A stretch of DNA of 31,025 nucleotides from Abditibacteriaceae bacterium (GCA_031372065.1 JANMKN010000327.1:1-31025); one strand, 5' to 3'; positions 10,460-19,831 are shown, counted from the first letter of the stretch. Made by a program: numbers and translations. Notes: generated by a model not told the origin, from the letters alone.

Positions 10460-10488
10460 ATTATAGCGAAGGTCTTAGCGCGTTGCAA
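10460..10488 (-). promoter_or_regulatory. Sigma70-type promoter for tRNA-Glu
   Basis: On the minus strand, TTGCAA (10488-10483), 17 bp, TATAAT (10465-10460), about 20 bp upstream of the tRNA. Confidence 0.8.
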
Positions 10489-10674
10489 ATTTTCTCAATG
10501 TGTTTTACGCTTCGGCCTGCGCGGTTACAAGGTCGCGCGGCAGCCTCTATCACATCAGGGTTGACGGCTTCGAGCATTTCTGGTGCGGTTAGCAAATGTT
10601 AGCATGAAACAAGATGAAATCGCCGGAGATTTTCCTGTCTATTTTGTAGAGAAGTGCCACTTTGTCACGTCAAT

Positions 10675-10683
10675 TGCTATAAT
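10675..10683 (+). promoter_or_regulatory. Extended -10 promoter upstream of the ABC remnant
   Basis: TGCTATAAT (TGn plus TATAAT) about 48 bp before the ATG at 10731. Confidence 0.55.
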
Positions 10684-10730
10684 CGCTACAACTTTTGGAT
10701 AAATTCGTCTTGCATTGTGATTAAGTTTGT

Positions 10731-11132
10731 ATGATCCGCGTAGAGCAACTGACCGGACATTATAGCGAGAGAAAAGCCTTGAGCGGCATCAGTTTTTCGG
10801 TGCCAGCGAAATAGATTTACGGTTTGCTTGGCCCCAACAGTGCCGGAAAATCTACGACAGTTAAAATCTTGACCGGCACTGTTGATCTGGGTCGTCGGGC
10901 ATTATCTCACCATTAGCGCGTTGGGTAGCGCGCTTTTACTGGGCTGTGTGGACGTTTGGTTTTTTGCCTTTGCCAATCTTTGCCTTTCGATGGCCTTATT
11001 GCCTCAGCGGTCATCGCGGCGTTCAACGAAATTGTGCTTGACCCGGCGGATTTGGAAGTTATCGGCCATCATCCTGCGCCGCCGCGCACTTGTGGTGGCC
11101 TGCTCGCGGAAAAACTGTTCAATAAACCGTAA
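10731..11132 (+). pseudogene. Remnant of an ABC transporter ATP-binding gene, probably joined to a permease fragment
   Basis: From 10731: MIRVEQLTGHYSERKALSGISFSVPAK*IYGLLGPNSAGKSTTVKILTG, with an in-frame TAG at 10812-10814 and a Walker A variant at 10830-10856. ATPase similarity then stops; hydrophobic and FNEIVLDPADLEVIGHHP segments follow in other frames. Confidence 0.8.
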
Positions 11133-11211
11133 ATTTGCCGCGCCAAATCTCACGTTTTTTGTTAGATTAACGGCAACGAGTTTTGTAAGAAGCATCGAAA
11201 GGTTTTGATTT

Positions 11212-11979
11212 ATGGCAAGCAATCGCCCGGTTGGACGCCCTATTGTGGCTTTGCAACTTTATACTGTGCGCGACGCCGTTGCGCAGGACATGATTGGCAC
11301 GTTGCGTCGCGTAGCCCAAATGGGCTACGAAGGCGTTGAACTGGCTGGAAATGGCAACGCAACAGTCGAAGAAATCGCCACGGCATTGCGCGAATTGAAT
11401 TTGCAATGCGTGGGCGGCCACACGCCGCTCGAAGCGTTGCAAGACGACCTGAGCAGCACGCTGCACAGCGCGCAGTGGCTGGGCAATCGCCATGTGGTTT
11501 GCCCTTATATCAGCGAAGAGTGGCGCTCTGCGGAAGGTTACAAAAAGCTGGCTGGTATTTTGTCCGATGCCGGCGCCAAGCTTAAGCGCGAAGGCTTGCA
11601 ACTGTGCTATCACAATCACGCTTTTGAGTTTGAAAAATACGAGGGCGAATACGGCCTTGATATTTTGCTGGGCAACGCCGATCCCGAACTTTTGCACGCT
11701 GAAATTGACACTTTTTGGGTGCAAAAAGGCGGTGAAGAACCGGGCGCGTTCATCGAAAAATACTTGGGCCGCGCGCCACTTATTCACCTCAAAGACATGA
11801 CTGAAGGCGGCGATTTCGCGCCCGTTGGCGAAGGCATTATGAATTGGGACCCGGTTTTCGAAATTTGCGACAACAGTGCTGTGGCCTATATCGTTGAGCA
11901 AGATCGGTGCGAGGGTGATCCATTTGAGAGCGCGCAAACCAGCATTAATAATCTCAAGAATTGGGGCAAGTTGAATTAG
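11212..11979 (+). CDS. Sugar phosphate isomerase/epimerase (xylose isomerase-like TIM barrel)
   Basis: Motifs LQLYTVR, GYEGVE, CYHNHAFEF, EIDTFW, HLKD, GEG and IVEQD. Confidence 0.88.
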   Translation: MASNRPVGRPIVALQLYTVRDAVAQDMIGTLRRVAQMGYEGVELAGNGNATVEEIATALRELNLQCVGGHTPLEALQDDLSSTLHSAQWLGNRHVVCPYISEEWRSAEGYKKLAGILSDAGAKLKREGLQLCYHNHAFEFEKYEGEYGLDILLGNADPELLHAEIDTFWVQKGGEEPGAFIEKYLGRAPLIHLKDMTEGGDFAPVGEGIMNWDPVFEICDNSAVAYIVEQDRCEGDPFESAQTSINNLKNWGKLN

Positions 11980-12162
11980 AAAATTTGAATTTTGAATTTC
12001 AAATTGACTAACCTTGCGCGATAGGAATGTGTTAGACGGGCTGACCAAGCAGCGTTCTGTCATTCTGAGTTTGCGAAGAATGACAGAACGCTGCTTGAAT
12101 TTGTGTTCCTATTACCCCACTGCATAAGGTGAGTGCCTAATCGCATTCAAAATTCAAATTTT
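11980..12162. repeat. Nested palindrome: ATTTTGA-type outer arms around a perfect 21-bp inner inverted repeat
   Basis: 11980-11997 pairs with 12145-12162 (18 bp perfect); 12046-12066 pairs with 12077-12097 (21 bp perfect); ATAGGAA/TTCCTAT lies in between. Confidence 0.9.
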
Positions 12163-12174
12163 GAAAAGCGTGCT

Positions 12175-12930
12175 ATGTTTCAATTAATGCCGATTGGCGA
12201 TGATAACGAAGACCGCATCAACGCGCCCATCGTGACTTATATTTTGATCGGCATAAACCTCGCGGTGTTTTTCTTGTTGCAACTGCCCAGCAACAACTTC
12301 ACTTACGGTTTTTCGGTTGTGCCTTACGAAATCACGCACGGCGGCGATTTGACGCAAGGCATTGCGACCCGCTATGGCATTATTCCGCAGGCGCCCGGCC
12401 CGGTGCCGATTCAACTGACAATTTTGACGGCCATGTTTATGCACGGCGGATTTATGCATTTATTGGGCAATATGCTGTATTTATGGATTTTCGGCGATAA
12501 TGTCGAAGATGCGTTGGGGCGGGTAAAATTCGTTATTTTCTACTTGCTCTGCGGCTTAGTTGCCACGTTCGCGCAGATTTTTGCCGACCCGCAAAGCCTG
12601 ATTCCGAATTTAGGTGCTTCGGGGGCCATCGCGGGCGTTTTAGGCGGTTATTTGGTGATGTATCCCACACGTAAAGTGCGCGTTTTAGTGGGCTATCTCG
12701 GCATCATTCATATGCCCGCCCTTATAGTTATTGGTTTGTGGGGCGCTTTGCAGTTTATGAGCGGCGTCGGCTCGATTGCGCAGGCGACAGAGCAAGGCAA
12801 AGGTGGCGTGGCTTACTGGGCGCACATCGGTGGCTTCGTCGCGGGCTTGATACTCGTGTCGCTGTTTCGAAATCGCGACACGGAAAAACGCGTCCAAGAG
12901 CGCATTCATTATACAGATTACCGATTTTAG
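12175..12930 (+). CDS. Rhomboid family intramembrane serine protease
   Basis: MFMHGGFMHLLGNMLYLWIFGDNVED, catalytic GASG and AYWAHIGGF; several TM helices. Start is 12175 or 12187. Confidence 0.93.
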   Translation: MFQLMPIGDDNEDRINAPIVTYILIGINLAVFFLLQLPSNNFTYGFSVVPYEITHGGDLTQGIATRYGIIPQAPGPVPIQLTILTAMFMHGGFMHLLGNMLYLWIFGDNVEDALGRVKFVIFYLLCGLVATFAQIFADPQSLIPNLGASGAIAGVLGGYLVMYPTRKVRVLVGYLGIIHMPALIVIGLWGALQFMSGVGSIAQATEQGKGGVAYWAHIGGFVAGLILVSLFRNRDTEKRVQERIHYTDYRF

Positions 12931-13036
12931 TCGTTGGTGCTTGTCACTATATGGGAGGCAAACTTGTAGGGGCGGGCAATGCTAAAATAAGAAATGTCGC
13001 CCGACCAATGACAACAATTTAAGGATACTTAACCCA

Positions 13037-13420
13037 ATGCCGACTATCGTTACCAACGGAATTCGCATCAGCGTCGCCTCCGAATATCTGCCTGAAGCCT
13101 CCAAACCTTCCGAGCAGCATTTTTTGTTTGCTTATCACATCACCATCGCGAACGAAGGTGACGAACCGGCACAACTTTTAACGCGCCATTGGATTATCAA
13201 AGACGCGTATAACAACATCGAAGAAGTGCGCGGCGAAGGCGTGATTCAGCAGCAGCCGATGTTAGCACCGGGCGAAGCATTTGAATATTCCAGTGGTTGC
13301 CCGCTGCCTACCGAATGGGGCACGATGCGAGGCACTTACGGCATGATTCGTCGTAATGGAGAAACATTTGAAGTGCAAATCCCCGTTTTTGCCTTGCTTC
13401 CGCACTATTTTTTGAATTAA
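13037..13420 (+). CDS. apaG: ApaG protein
   Basis: FAYHITIAN, QLLTRHWII, EVRGEGVI, GEAFEYSSGCPLPTEWGTMRGTY. Confidence 0.93.
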   Translation: MPTIVTNGIRISVASEYLPEASKPSEQHFLFAYHITIANEGDEPAQLLTRHWIIKDAYNNIEEVRGEGVIQQQPMLAPGEAFEYSSGCPLPTEWGTMRGTYGMIRRNGETFEVQIPVFALLPHYFLN

Positions 13421-13496
13421 GTTTTTAATTTGAGGTTTTGCCTTTCTACCTTGGAAAGCCAAGCCGAAAATCAAAACCCACGACCAGAGCCGAAAA

Positions 13497-14348
13497 ATGC
13501 CTGACAAATCGCAATTACCTTTTTTGCTGAAACTTTTAGATGACCCTTCGCCCTATGTGCAAAGCAAGGTGCGCCGTGCTTTGCAAGGCTTTGGGCCAGA
13601 TTTACAGCACCAAATTAGCGCCTATGCACGCGAATCGGGCCTCGTCTTGAATGAGCAGCAGGTGGCCGCTCTGGAAGAAATTTGCGCCGATTGGATGATT
13701 CAACAACAAGATTTCGCGGATTTATGGCGTGCGTTGCAAAACAGCGATGATGAATGGTTCAAACTCGAAAGCGCTTTCGAGTTTTTGGCGAACTGGCAGT
13801 TCAAGTTGGAAAACGATGCTCGTGCCGCCGAACACTTAGTTTTATGTCATTTGCTGGACGATTTAGCGGACGATTATCGCACCACTGGAGAAAATCACGA
13901 CGCATTTTCCTTGGCAAACTGGCTATTTGATGTGCGTGGCTTTGGTGGCATGGCACCGCAAGAATATTATAACCCGCTCAATTGCAACCTCATTCACGTT
14001 TTGCAAAACGGCGAAGGCTTGCCAATTAGTTTGGCCGTGATTTTCATGCTGACCGGACAGCGGTTAGATATAGAAGTGCATGGCTGCGCGTTTCCCAGTC
14101 ATTTTTTAGCGCGCGCGGGCGATAATTTTTTTGATTGCTACAATGGCGGGCGCGTTTTAGAAGCGCGCGAAAGCAATGCCATTTTGAAAGTCATGCCAGA
14201 CGCGCTTTTGCCATCCAACGCCGCGCCGATTGTCGCGCGGGCTATATTTAATCTCATTAACGCTTATCAGCACAACGCCGAATATACCAAAGCGCGTGGT
14301 TGTTTATCGTTGCTGGAGCAATTGAAAAATGTTGAAACGATGATTTGA
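13497..14348 (+). CDS. SirB1 / transglutaminase-like superfamily protein
   Basis: LLKLLDDP start, YYNPLN..IHVL, GLPISLAVIF, GCAFPSHFL, FFDCYNGG. Confidence 0.75.
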   Translation: MPDKSQLPFLLKLLDDPSPYVQSKVRRALQGFGPDLQHQISAYARESGLVLNEQQVAALEEICADWMIQQQDFADLWRALQNSDDEWFKLESAFEFLANWQFKLENDARAAEHLVLCHLLDDLADDYRTTGENHDAFSLANWLFDVRGFGGMAPQEYYNPLNCNLIHVLQNGEGLPISLAVIFMLTGQRLDIEVHGCAFPSHFLARAGDNFFDCYNGGRVLEARESNAILKVMPDALLPSNAAPIVARAIFNLINAYQHNAEYTKARGCLSLLEQLKNVETMI

Positions 14349-14500
14349 AAGTTTCTGTAAAACGGTTGAAAACAAGCCGGAAAGAAGATTTTTATCGCTT
14401 AAAAGTAGGATTCAGCTTGTAAAAACCGCTCTTGGCAGATCATATTCGGAGAAATTTTATTTTTTGGCAAAATGTGTTTGAATCGACATTAATTTTTCGC

Positions 14501-14529
14501 TTGCACCACTTTGCTGTTGCCAGTATAAT
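14501..14529 (+). promoter_or_regulatory. Sigma70-type promoter (P1)
   Basis: TTGCAC (14501-14506), 17 bp, TATAAT (14524-14529), with AT-rich sequence upstream. Confidence 0.75.
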
Positions 14530-14534
14530 GTTTG

Positions 14535-14661
14535 TCCGGCTCCCGGCCTTTTCAACAACTGAATCGCAGAACAATCGCTGTCTTCACTACAGTTTTAGCG
14601 TCCGTATTGCCCTTCGCGTAGGGAAATTCTACAGGGCTTCCCGAAACGTGAAGGGTTTTTT
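14535..14661 (+). ncRNA. Candidate small RNA or attenuated leader of about 125 nt
   Basis: Bounded by promoter P1 and an intrinsic terminator; no convincing ORF; no RNA family recognised. Confidence 0.4.
14609..14661 (+). terminator. Intrinsic terminator
   Basis: GCCCTTCGCGT (14609-14619) pairs with ACGTGAAGGGT (14646-14656), with an inner GGGAA/TTCCC stem and a T6 tract. Confidence 0.7.
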
Positions 14662-14756
14662 GTGGCTCGCTCGCATTGGCGAAATGCCAAAAAAGCGGCT
14701 GCAAAAAATTAACGCAAAAAAACTGGTGAAAAAGCGTTGTTTTTCTTTGAAATTGG

Positions 14757-14785
14757 TTGACACGAGGGCAGGGCAGCATTATAAT
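14757..14785 (+). promoter_or_regulatory. Perfect-consensus sigma70 promoter (P2) for the tuf-S10 operon
   Basis: TTGACA (14757-14762), 17 bp, TATAAT (14780-14785); A/T tracts upstream resemble an UP element. Confidence 0.88.
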
Positions 14786-14961
14786 TACCCACTTGCGGGT
14801 GGCAGGTTTCTGAAATTTTTTGGAAATCTTGAATCCGCAATCAGAACGCTTGTGACAGGGCCAAAAATCCTCACGCGGGCGCTCAGCGACATTCAATTCA
14901 AAAAGAATGCCGCTATTTAAAAGAAGAAACACAAGAAACGCATTCGGAGGAATAGCAAAAG

Positions 14962-16152
14962 ATGGCCAAGCAGAAGTATGAAAGCACAAAGCCGCACGTC
15001 AACGTTGGCACCATTGGTCACGTTGACCACGGCAAGACGACCCTGACCGCCGCGATCACCAAAGTGCAGTCGCGTAAAGGTCTCGCAAAGAGCACCGCGT
15101 TCGATCAGATTGACAAGGCGCCCGAAGAGCGCGAGCGTGGTATCACCATTGCCACCGCGCACGTCGAATACGAAACCGACAACCGTCACTATGCGCACGT
15201 TGACTGTCCCGGCCACGCCGACTATGTGAAAAACATGATCACCGGCGCGGCGCAGATGGACGGCGCGATTCTCGTAGTTTCCGCCGCCGATGGTCCCATG
15301 CCCCAAACCCGCGAGCACATTCTGCTCGCCCGTCAGGTTGGCGTGCCTTACATCGTGGTCTTCCTTAATAAGGTGGACATGGTGGACGACGAGGAATTGC
15401 TCGAATTAGTTGAACTCGAACTCCGTGAGTTGCTCTCGAAGTATGATTTCCCCGGCGATGATATTCCCATTATTCGCGGTTCGGGTCTCAAAGCACTCAA
15501 CAACGATGACGAAGAATCCGAAAAGCCCATTACCGAATTGATGGCGGCTCTTGATTCATATTTCCCAGAGCCAGAACGCGATATTGACAAGCCATTCTTG
15601 ATGGCTATCGAGGACGTGTTCTCCATTTCTGGTCGCGGCACGGTTGCCACTGGTCGTATTGAGCGCGGTCAAGTCAAAGTCGGCGAAGAAGTCGAAATCA
15701 TCGGCATTACAGACACCAAGCGCACGGCTGTCACCGGTTTGGAAATGTTCCACAAGCAGTTGGATATTGCGACTGCCGGCTACAACTGCGGTGCTCTGCT
15801 CCGTGGCTTGAAGCGTGAAGACATTCAGCGCGGTCAGGTTTTGGCGAAGCCGGGTTCCATTACCCCGCACACCGTTTTCGAGGCCGAGGTTTACATCTTG
15901 TCGAAAGAAGAAGGTGGACGTCACACTCCGTTCTTTAAGAACTACCGTCCGCAATTCTACTTCCGCACCACCGATGTAACGGGAGCCATTGATGATTTTG
16001 GCGGTGGCGCTGAAATGGTCATGCCGGGCGACAATGTGCAAATGCACGTTACCCTCGGCGATCCGGTCGCTATGGAAGAAGGTCTACGCTTTGCGATTCG
16101 TGAAGGTGGACGCACCGTTGGTGCCGGCGTGATTTCCAAAGTGGTGAAATAA
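14962..16152 (+). CDS. tuf: Elongation factor Tu
   Basis: [40 protein letters not shown]. Confidence 0.99.
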   Translation: MAKQKYESTKPHVNVGTIGHVDHGKTTLTAAITKVQSRKGLAKSTAFDQIDKAPEERERGITIATAHVEYETDNRHYAHVDCPGHADYVKNMITGAAQMDGAILVVSAADGPMPQTREHILLARQVGVPYIVVFLNKVDMVDDEELLELVELELRELLSKYDFPGDDIPIIRGSGLKALNNDDEESEKPITELMAALDSYFPEPERDIDKPFLMAIEDVFSISGRGTVATGRIERGQVKVGEEVEIIGITDTKRTAVTGLEMFHKQLDIATAGYNCGALLRGLKREDIQRGQVLAKPGSITPHTVFEAEVYILSKEEGGRHTPFFKNYRPQFYFRTTDVTGAIDDFGGGAEMVMPGDNVQMHVTLGDPVAMEEGLRFAIREGGRTVGAGVISKVVK

Positions 16153-16165
16153 GTCGCAAGACAAT

Positions 16166-16212
16166 AAGGCCGGTCTGGCCTGCAAGAAATTACAGGCCGG
16201 GCCGGCTTTTTT
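16166..16212 (+). terminator. Intrinsic terminator or attenuator between tuf and rpsJ
   Basis: GCCGGTCTGGCCTG (16169-16182) pairs with CAGGCCGGGCCGGC (16193-16206), followed by T6. Confidence 0.8.
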
Positions 16213-16287
16213 GTCGGCTGTTACAAGCCAAAGAATTAGAATTTTCGCAGTAGAGAAATCTGCTGCTGAACCTTGAAAGAAAAAGAT

Positions 16288-16596
16288 ATGGCTGGCGAAA
16301 AACTTCGCATTCGGTTACGTGCGTTCGACCACAAATTGTTAGATCAATCGGCACAGCAGATTGTGAGCACGGCGAAACGCACCGGCTCCAAGGTGAGCGG
16401 CCCGGTTCCTCTGCCGACGGAAAAAAGCATTTATTGCGTGATCCGTTCGCCGTTCGTGGACAAAGAGTCTATGGAGCATTTCGAGATGCGCACGCATAAG
16501 CGTTTGATTGATATTCTCGATCCTGATCCACGCACCATGCAGGAATTGTCCAATCTGACCCTGCCTGCGGGTGTGGAAATTGATGTGAAAGCCTAA
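16288..16596 (+). CDS. rpsJ: 30S ribosomal protein S10
   Basis: [31 protein letters not shown]. Confidence 0.98.
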   Translation: MAGEKLRIRLRAFDHKLLDQSAQQIVSTAKRTGSKVSGPVPLPTEKSIYCVIRSPFVDKESMEHFEMRTHKRLIDILDPDPRTMQELSNLTLPAGVEIDVKA

Positions 16597-16602
16597 AACG
16601 GC

Positions 16603-16679
16603 AAATTTGATTTTTTAAGGATGAATTTTGAATTGTTTGTTTCAGCCAATTCAAAATTAAGAATTTTAAATTCAAATTT
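16603..16679. repeat. Heptamer-repeat palindrome (ATTTTGA type)
   Basis: AATTTTGAATTG (16624-16635) pairs with CAATTCAAAATT (16647-16658); outer AAATTTGA/TCAAATTT. Confidence 0.85.
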
Positions 16680-16751
16680 AACAAGTTAAGTCCACCGCGT
16701 TATGGTTCGTAGGCGCGACGACCTCTGACTTGACAGCAAGGAGATGATCTG

Positions 16752-17438
16752 ATGGCGACGGTTAATGGTCTGCTGGGCCGCAAGGTTGGCATGACTTCTA
16801 TTTTTACAGACAGCGGCAACGCGATTCCGGTCACGGTAATCGAATGTGGCCCCTGCACCGTGGTGCAGCGCAAGACTCAGGAAAAAGACGGCTATGATGC
16901 CGTGCAACTGGGTTATATTGAGCGCAAAGAAACTCGCAAAGACAACAAAGTAAAGCGCGGCGAAGCTGGTCACCGGGGACGCAGCGAAGCAAATGCGCCC
17001 TCGCGCGGTCATTTCGCGGCTAATGGCGGCGGCAATCCAACGCGGCATTTAGCTGAATTTGCCCTTGACGCCGAAGGCGATGAGCCGAATTCCGGCGCCA
17101 CTCTGACGGTGGACGGCCTATTTAAAGCGGGCGACGCCATTAAAGTGCAGGGCAAAAGCAAAGGTCGGGGTTTCGCCGGTGTCATCAAGCGTCATGGTTT
17201 CAAAGGCCAAAAGGCCAGCCACGGCCAGAAGATTCACCGCAAGCCGGCCTCGAACGGCGCGACTGATCCGGCGCGCGTTTTCCCCGGCGCCCGTCGTCCG
17301 GGCCGCATGGGTGCGAAAAATATCACGCAGCGTGGCCTCGAAGTGGTGGAAATTGATGCCGGACGCAATCTTTTGATTGTCAAGGGCGCCATTCCCGGCC
17401 CCAATGGCGGCGTTGTGCGCATTGAGAAGCAAATTTAG
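16752..17438 (+). CDS. rplC: 50S ribosomal protein L3
   Basis: GLLGRKVGMT, DGYDAVQLG, SKGRGFAGVIKRHGF, LLIVKGAIPG. Confidence 0.98.
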   Translation: MATVNGLLGRKVGMTSIFTDSGNAIPVTVIECGPCTVVQRKTQEKDGYDAVQLGYIERKETRKDNKVKRGEAGHRGRSEANAPSRGHFAANGGGNPTRHLAEFALDAEGDEPNSGATLTVDGLFKAGDAIKVQGKSKGRGFAGVIKRHGFKGQKASHGQKIHRKPASNGATDPARVFPGARRPGRMGAKNITQRGLEVVEIDAGRNLLIVKGAIPGPNGGVVRIEKQI

Positions 17439-17445
17439 TCATTTG

Positions 17446-17557
17446 TTGGTGGTCATTTGAAAAATGACCACCAATTTACAGGTCTGACAACGAGACCTTA
17501 TCTAAATTTAAAATTTTGAGTGAAGGATTACTCATTCAAAACTCAAAAAATTAAATT
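17446..17557. repeat. 13-bp perfect hairpin plus a degenerate TTTTGAG-type heptamer palindrome
   Basis: TTGGTGGTCATTT (17446-17458) pairs with AAATGACCACCAA (17462-17474); TTTTGAGTGA pairs with TCATTCAAAA(CTCAAAA) within 17505-17557. Confidence 0.75.
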
Positions 17558-17605
17558 ATTATCGGCGTCCGTTGGCAAAGAGGCGCTTGAGGAGAAATGC
17601 CAATC

Positions 17606-18277
17606 ATGGCAGAGATTAAAATTTTCGACGCAAAAGGCGCGGCATCTGGCACAGCCGATGTGCCCGAAAAGCTGTCGAGCGCCAATTCACCGGTGACTTT
17701 GGTTCACCAAGTGGCGATTGCGGAATTAGCAGGACGCCGTCAGGGCACTGCTAAAACCAAGCGCCGCGATGAAGTGCAAGGCTCGAATGTAAAAATTCGC
17801 CGCCAAAAAGGAACGGGCCGCTCCCGTCAGGGCGACAAGCGCACTCCGCATATGCGCGGCGGTGGCGTTGTTCACGGCCCGCGTCCACGCGATTACAGCG
17901 AAAACACGCCGCGCAAAATGAAACAGGCCGCATTTCGCACTGTTCTCAATTCGCGCTTGCAAAATGACCGCATTTTCGTGATGGATGGCGACATTGCTTC
18001 GGGCAAGACCAAAGATTTCGTGGCGCTTTTGGCGACAATGGGCCTGAGCAATTACAAATTGCTGCTTATTGCCAACGTGAGCGAAACCAATCTTCAATTT
18101 GGTGCGCGCAACTTGCCCAAGGTCACAGTGCAAGGCGTTCATCAGACCAACGTGACCGATGTGCTGCGCGCAGATGCGATTCTTTGCACCAAAGCCGCTT
18201 GGCAGGAAATGTCTGAGCGCGTTGAAAGCAAAGTCAAAGGCAAAAGTGACAGCAGTGGTGACAAGGAGGCTGCCTAA
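17606..18277 (+). CDS. rplD: 50S ribosomal protein L4
   Basis: RQGTAKTKRRDEV, RQKGTGRSRQG, GGGVVHGPRPR; alternative start at 17597. Confidence 0.97.
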   Translation: MAEIKIFDAKGAASGTADVPEKLSSANSPVTLVHQVAIAELAGRRQGTAKTKRRDEVQGSNVKIRRQKGTGRSRQGDKRTPHMRGGGVVHGPRPRDYSENTPRKMKQAAFRTVLNSRLQNDRIFVMDGDIASGKTKDFVALLATMGLSNYKLLLIANVSETNLQFGARNLPKVTVQGVHQTNVTDVLRADAILCTKAAWQEMSERVESKVKGKSDSSGDKEAA

Positions 18278-18279
18278 TT

Positions 18280-18582
18280 ATGCGACCCATTTCACAAATA
18301 TTAGAACGGCCCATCATCACGGAGAAAAGCGTGCGCGCCAGCATGACTGGACGCTACACCTTCCGTTGCCGAAAAGCCGCGAATAAAATCGAAATTCGTG
18401 ACGCCGTTGAAAAAGCGTATGAAGTCAAAGTGGCAAAAGTCAACACCTTGATTGTCAAGGGTAAGACCAAGCGCAGCGTGAAAGGTCGGCCCGGCAAGAC
18501 CGCCGATTGGAAAAAAGCCATCGTCACTCTCGCGCCCGATTCCAAAGATACGCGGCTCAAAGAGATTTTTGAAGGAGCGTGA
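18280..18582 (+). CDS. rplW: 50S ribosomal protein L23
   Basis: PIITEKS, ANKIEIRDAVE, KVNTL, WKKAIVTL. Confidence 0.97.
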   Translation: MRPISQILERPIITEKSVRASMTGRYTFRCRKAANKIEIRDAVEKAYEVKVAKVNTLIVKGKTKRSVKGRPGKTADWKKAIVTLAPDSKDTRLKEIFEGA

Positions 18583-18586
18583 GTTC

Positions 18587-18632
18587 AGTTTTTAGTTTGG
18601 AGTGAAAAATTATCAACTCAAAACTAAAAACT
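18587..18632. repeat. Heptamer-repeat palindrome (AGTTTTK type)
   Basis: AGTTTTTAGTTTGGAGT pairs with ACTCAAAACTAAAAACT at 16 of 17 positions. Confidence 0.88.
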
Positions 18633-18639
18633 TACAGAT

Positions 18640-19479
18640 ATGGCTGTTAAATCATTTAATCCAACCAGTCCGGCGCGTCGTTCGATGACGGTTATCGTCA
18701 ACGAAGACCTGACGAAGAAGCGTCCGGAAAAGTCGCTCACCGAGCCGCTGAAAAAGAAGGCAGGCCGTAACAATCAGGGCCGCCTGACGATGAAAAATCG
18801 CGGTGGTGGTCATAAGCGCTTGTATCGCGTTATTGATTTCAAGCGTCGCAAAGACGATGTGCGCGGTGAAGTAACCGCTTTAGAATATGATCCAAATCGC
18901 TCGGCGAACATCGCCCTTGTGATTTACGCTGATGGCGAAAAGCGTTACATTGTCGCTCCGGCGGGTTTGAAAGTCGGCGATTCCATCGCCAATGGCCCGG
19001 ATGCTGATATTCGCACCGGCCATGCGTTGCCTTTGGAGCGCATTCCCGTCGGCACAACCGTGCATTGCATCGAAATGATTCCCGGTAAAGGCGCGCAACT
19101 CGCTCGCTCTGCTGGTTCGAGCGCGGTTTTGCAGGCTAAAGAAGGCAAATTTGCCCTGCTGCGCTTGCCATCGGGCGAACGCCGTTTGGTATTCAAAGAG
19201 TGCCGCGCGACTATTGGTAGCGTGGGTAACGCCGAATGGGAAACCATTGTGTGGGGCAACGCAGGCCGTATGCGCCATAAAGGTGTCAAGCCGCATGTTC
19301 GCGGTAAAGCGATGAACCCGAATGATCACCCGCATGGTGGCGGCGAAGGCCGCGCCCCGGTTGGCCGCCGCAAGAGCGGTCCGGTTTCGGCCACGGGCGT
19401 GAAAGCCATTGGCTTCAAGACCCGCAAAAAGAAAAAACCAAGCGATAAATTCATTGTCGGTAAGCGAGGAACGAAATAA
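18640..19479 (+). CDS. rplB: 50S ribosomal protein L2
   Basis: [31 protein letters not shown]. Confidence 0.99.
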   Translation: MAVKSFNPTSPARRSMTVIVNEDLTKKRPEKSLTEPLKKKAGRNNQGRLTMKNRGGGHKRLYRVIDFKRRKDDVRGEVTALEYDPNRSANIALVIYADGEKRYIVAPAGLKVGDSIANGPDADIRTGHALPLERIPVGTTVHCIEMIPGKGAQLARSAGSSAVLQAKEGKFALLRLPSGERRLVFKECRATIGSVGNAEWETIVWGNAGRMRHKGVKPHVRGKAMNPNDHPHGGGEGRAPVGRRKSGPVSATGVKAIGFKTRKKKKPSDKFIVGKRGTK

Positions 19480-19541
19480 TGCGGAATGCGAAGTGTGAAT
19501 TGTGGAGTGAGAATTCCGCACTCCGCATTCGCCACGCCGCA
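19480..19541. repeat. Heptamer-repeat palindrome (TGCGGAA type)
   Basis: TGCGGAA TGCGAAG TGTGAAT TGTGGAG ... TTCCGCA CTCCGCA TTCGCCA CGCCGCA. Confidence 0.88.
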
Positions 19542-19551
19542 CTGAAAAATT

Positions 19552-19830
19552 ATGGCACGTTCACTGAAAAAAGGCCCCTTTTGCGACGCGAAGTTAATGC
19601 AAAAAATCGCCGCGATGAATAGCGGGGGCCGCAAGCAAATCATCAAGTCGTGGAGCCGTCGCTCAACGATTTTTCCGGAAATGATCGGTCATACCATCGC
19701 CGTTTATGATGGCCGCAAGCACGTTCCGGTTTATGTTCAAGAAAACATGGTCGGCCACAAATTGGGTGAGTTTTCCCCGACGCGCCTTTTTCGCCGTCAC
19801 GGTGGCATGACTAAGCGTGAGACAAAGTAA
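19552..19830 (+). CDS. rpsS: 30S ribosomal protein S19
   Basis: [30 protein letters not shown]. Confidence 0.98.
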   Translation: MARSLKKGPFCDAKLMQKIAAMNSGGRKQIIKSWSRRSTIFPEMIGHTIAVYDGRKHVPVYVQENMVGHKLGEFSPTRLFRRHGGMTKRETK

Positions 19831-19831
19831 A

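Noticed and set aside
10882..11208. 108-aa ORF as an intact gene
   Set aside because: Better explained as part of the frameshifted ABC remnant; TTG start and no SD.
11167..12063. 298-aa antisense ORF
   Set aside because: Shadow of the isomerase gene running into repeat DNA.
13421..13496. Possible further heptamer palindrome between apaG and the SirB1-like gene
   Set aside because: Only GGTTTTG/CAAAACC pairs clearly; too degenerate to count.
14532..14621. Short hydrophobic peptide (LSGSR...VLASVLPFA) inside the candidate sRNA
   Set aside because: Its TTG lies only 2 bp after the -10 box, upstream of the likely transcription start.
14432..14989. ORFs 14432-14920 (+) and 14552-14989 (-)
   Set aside because: They span promoters and a terminator in AT-rich DNA and have no motifs.
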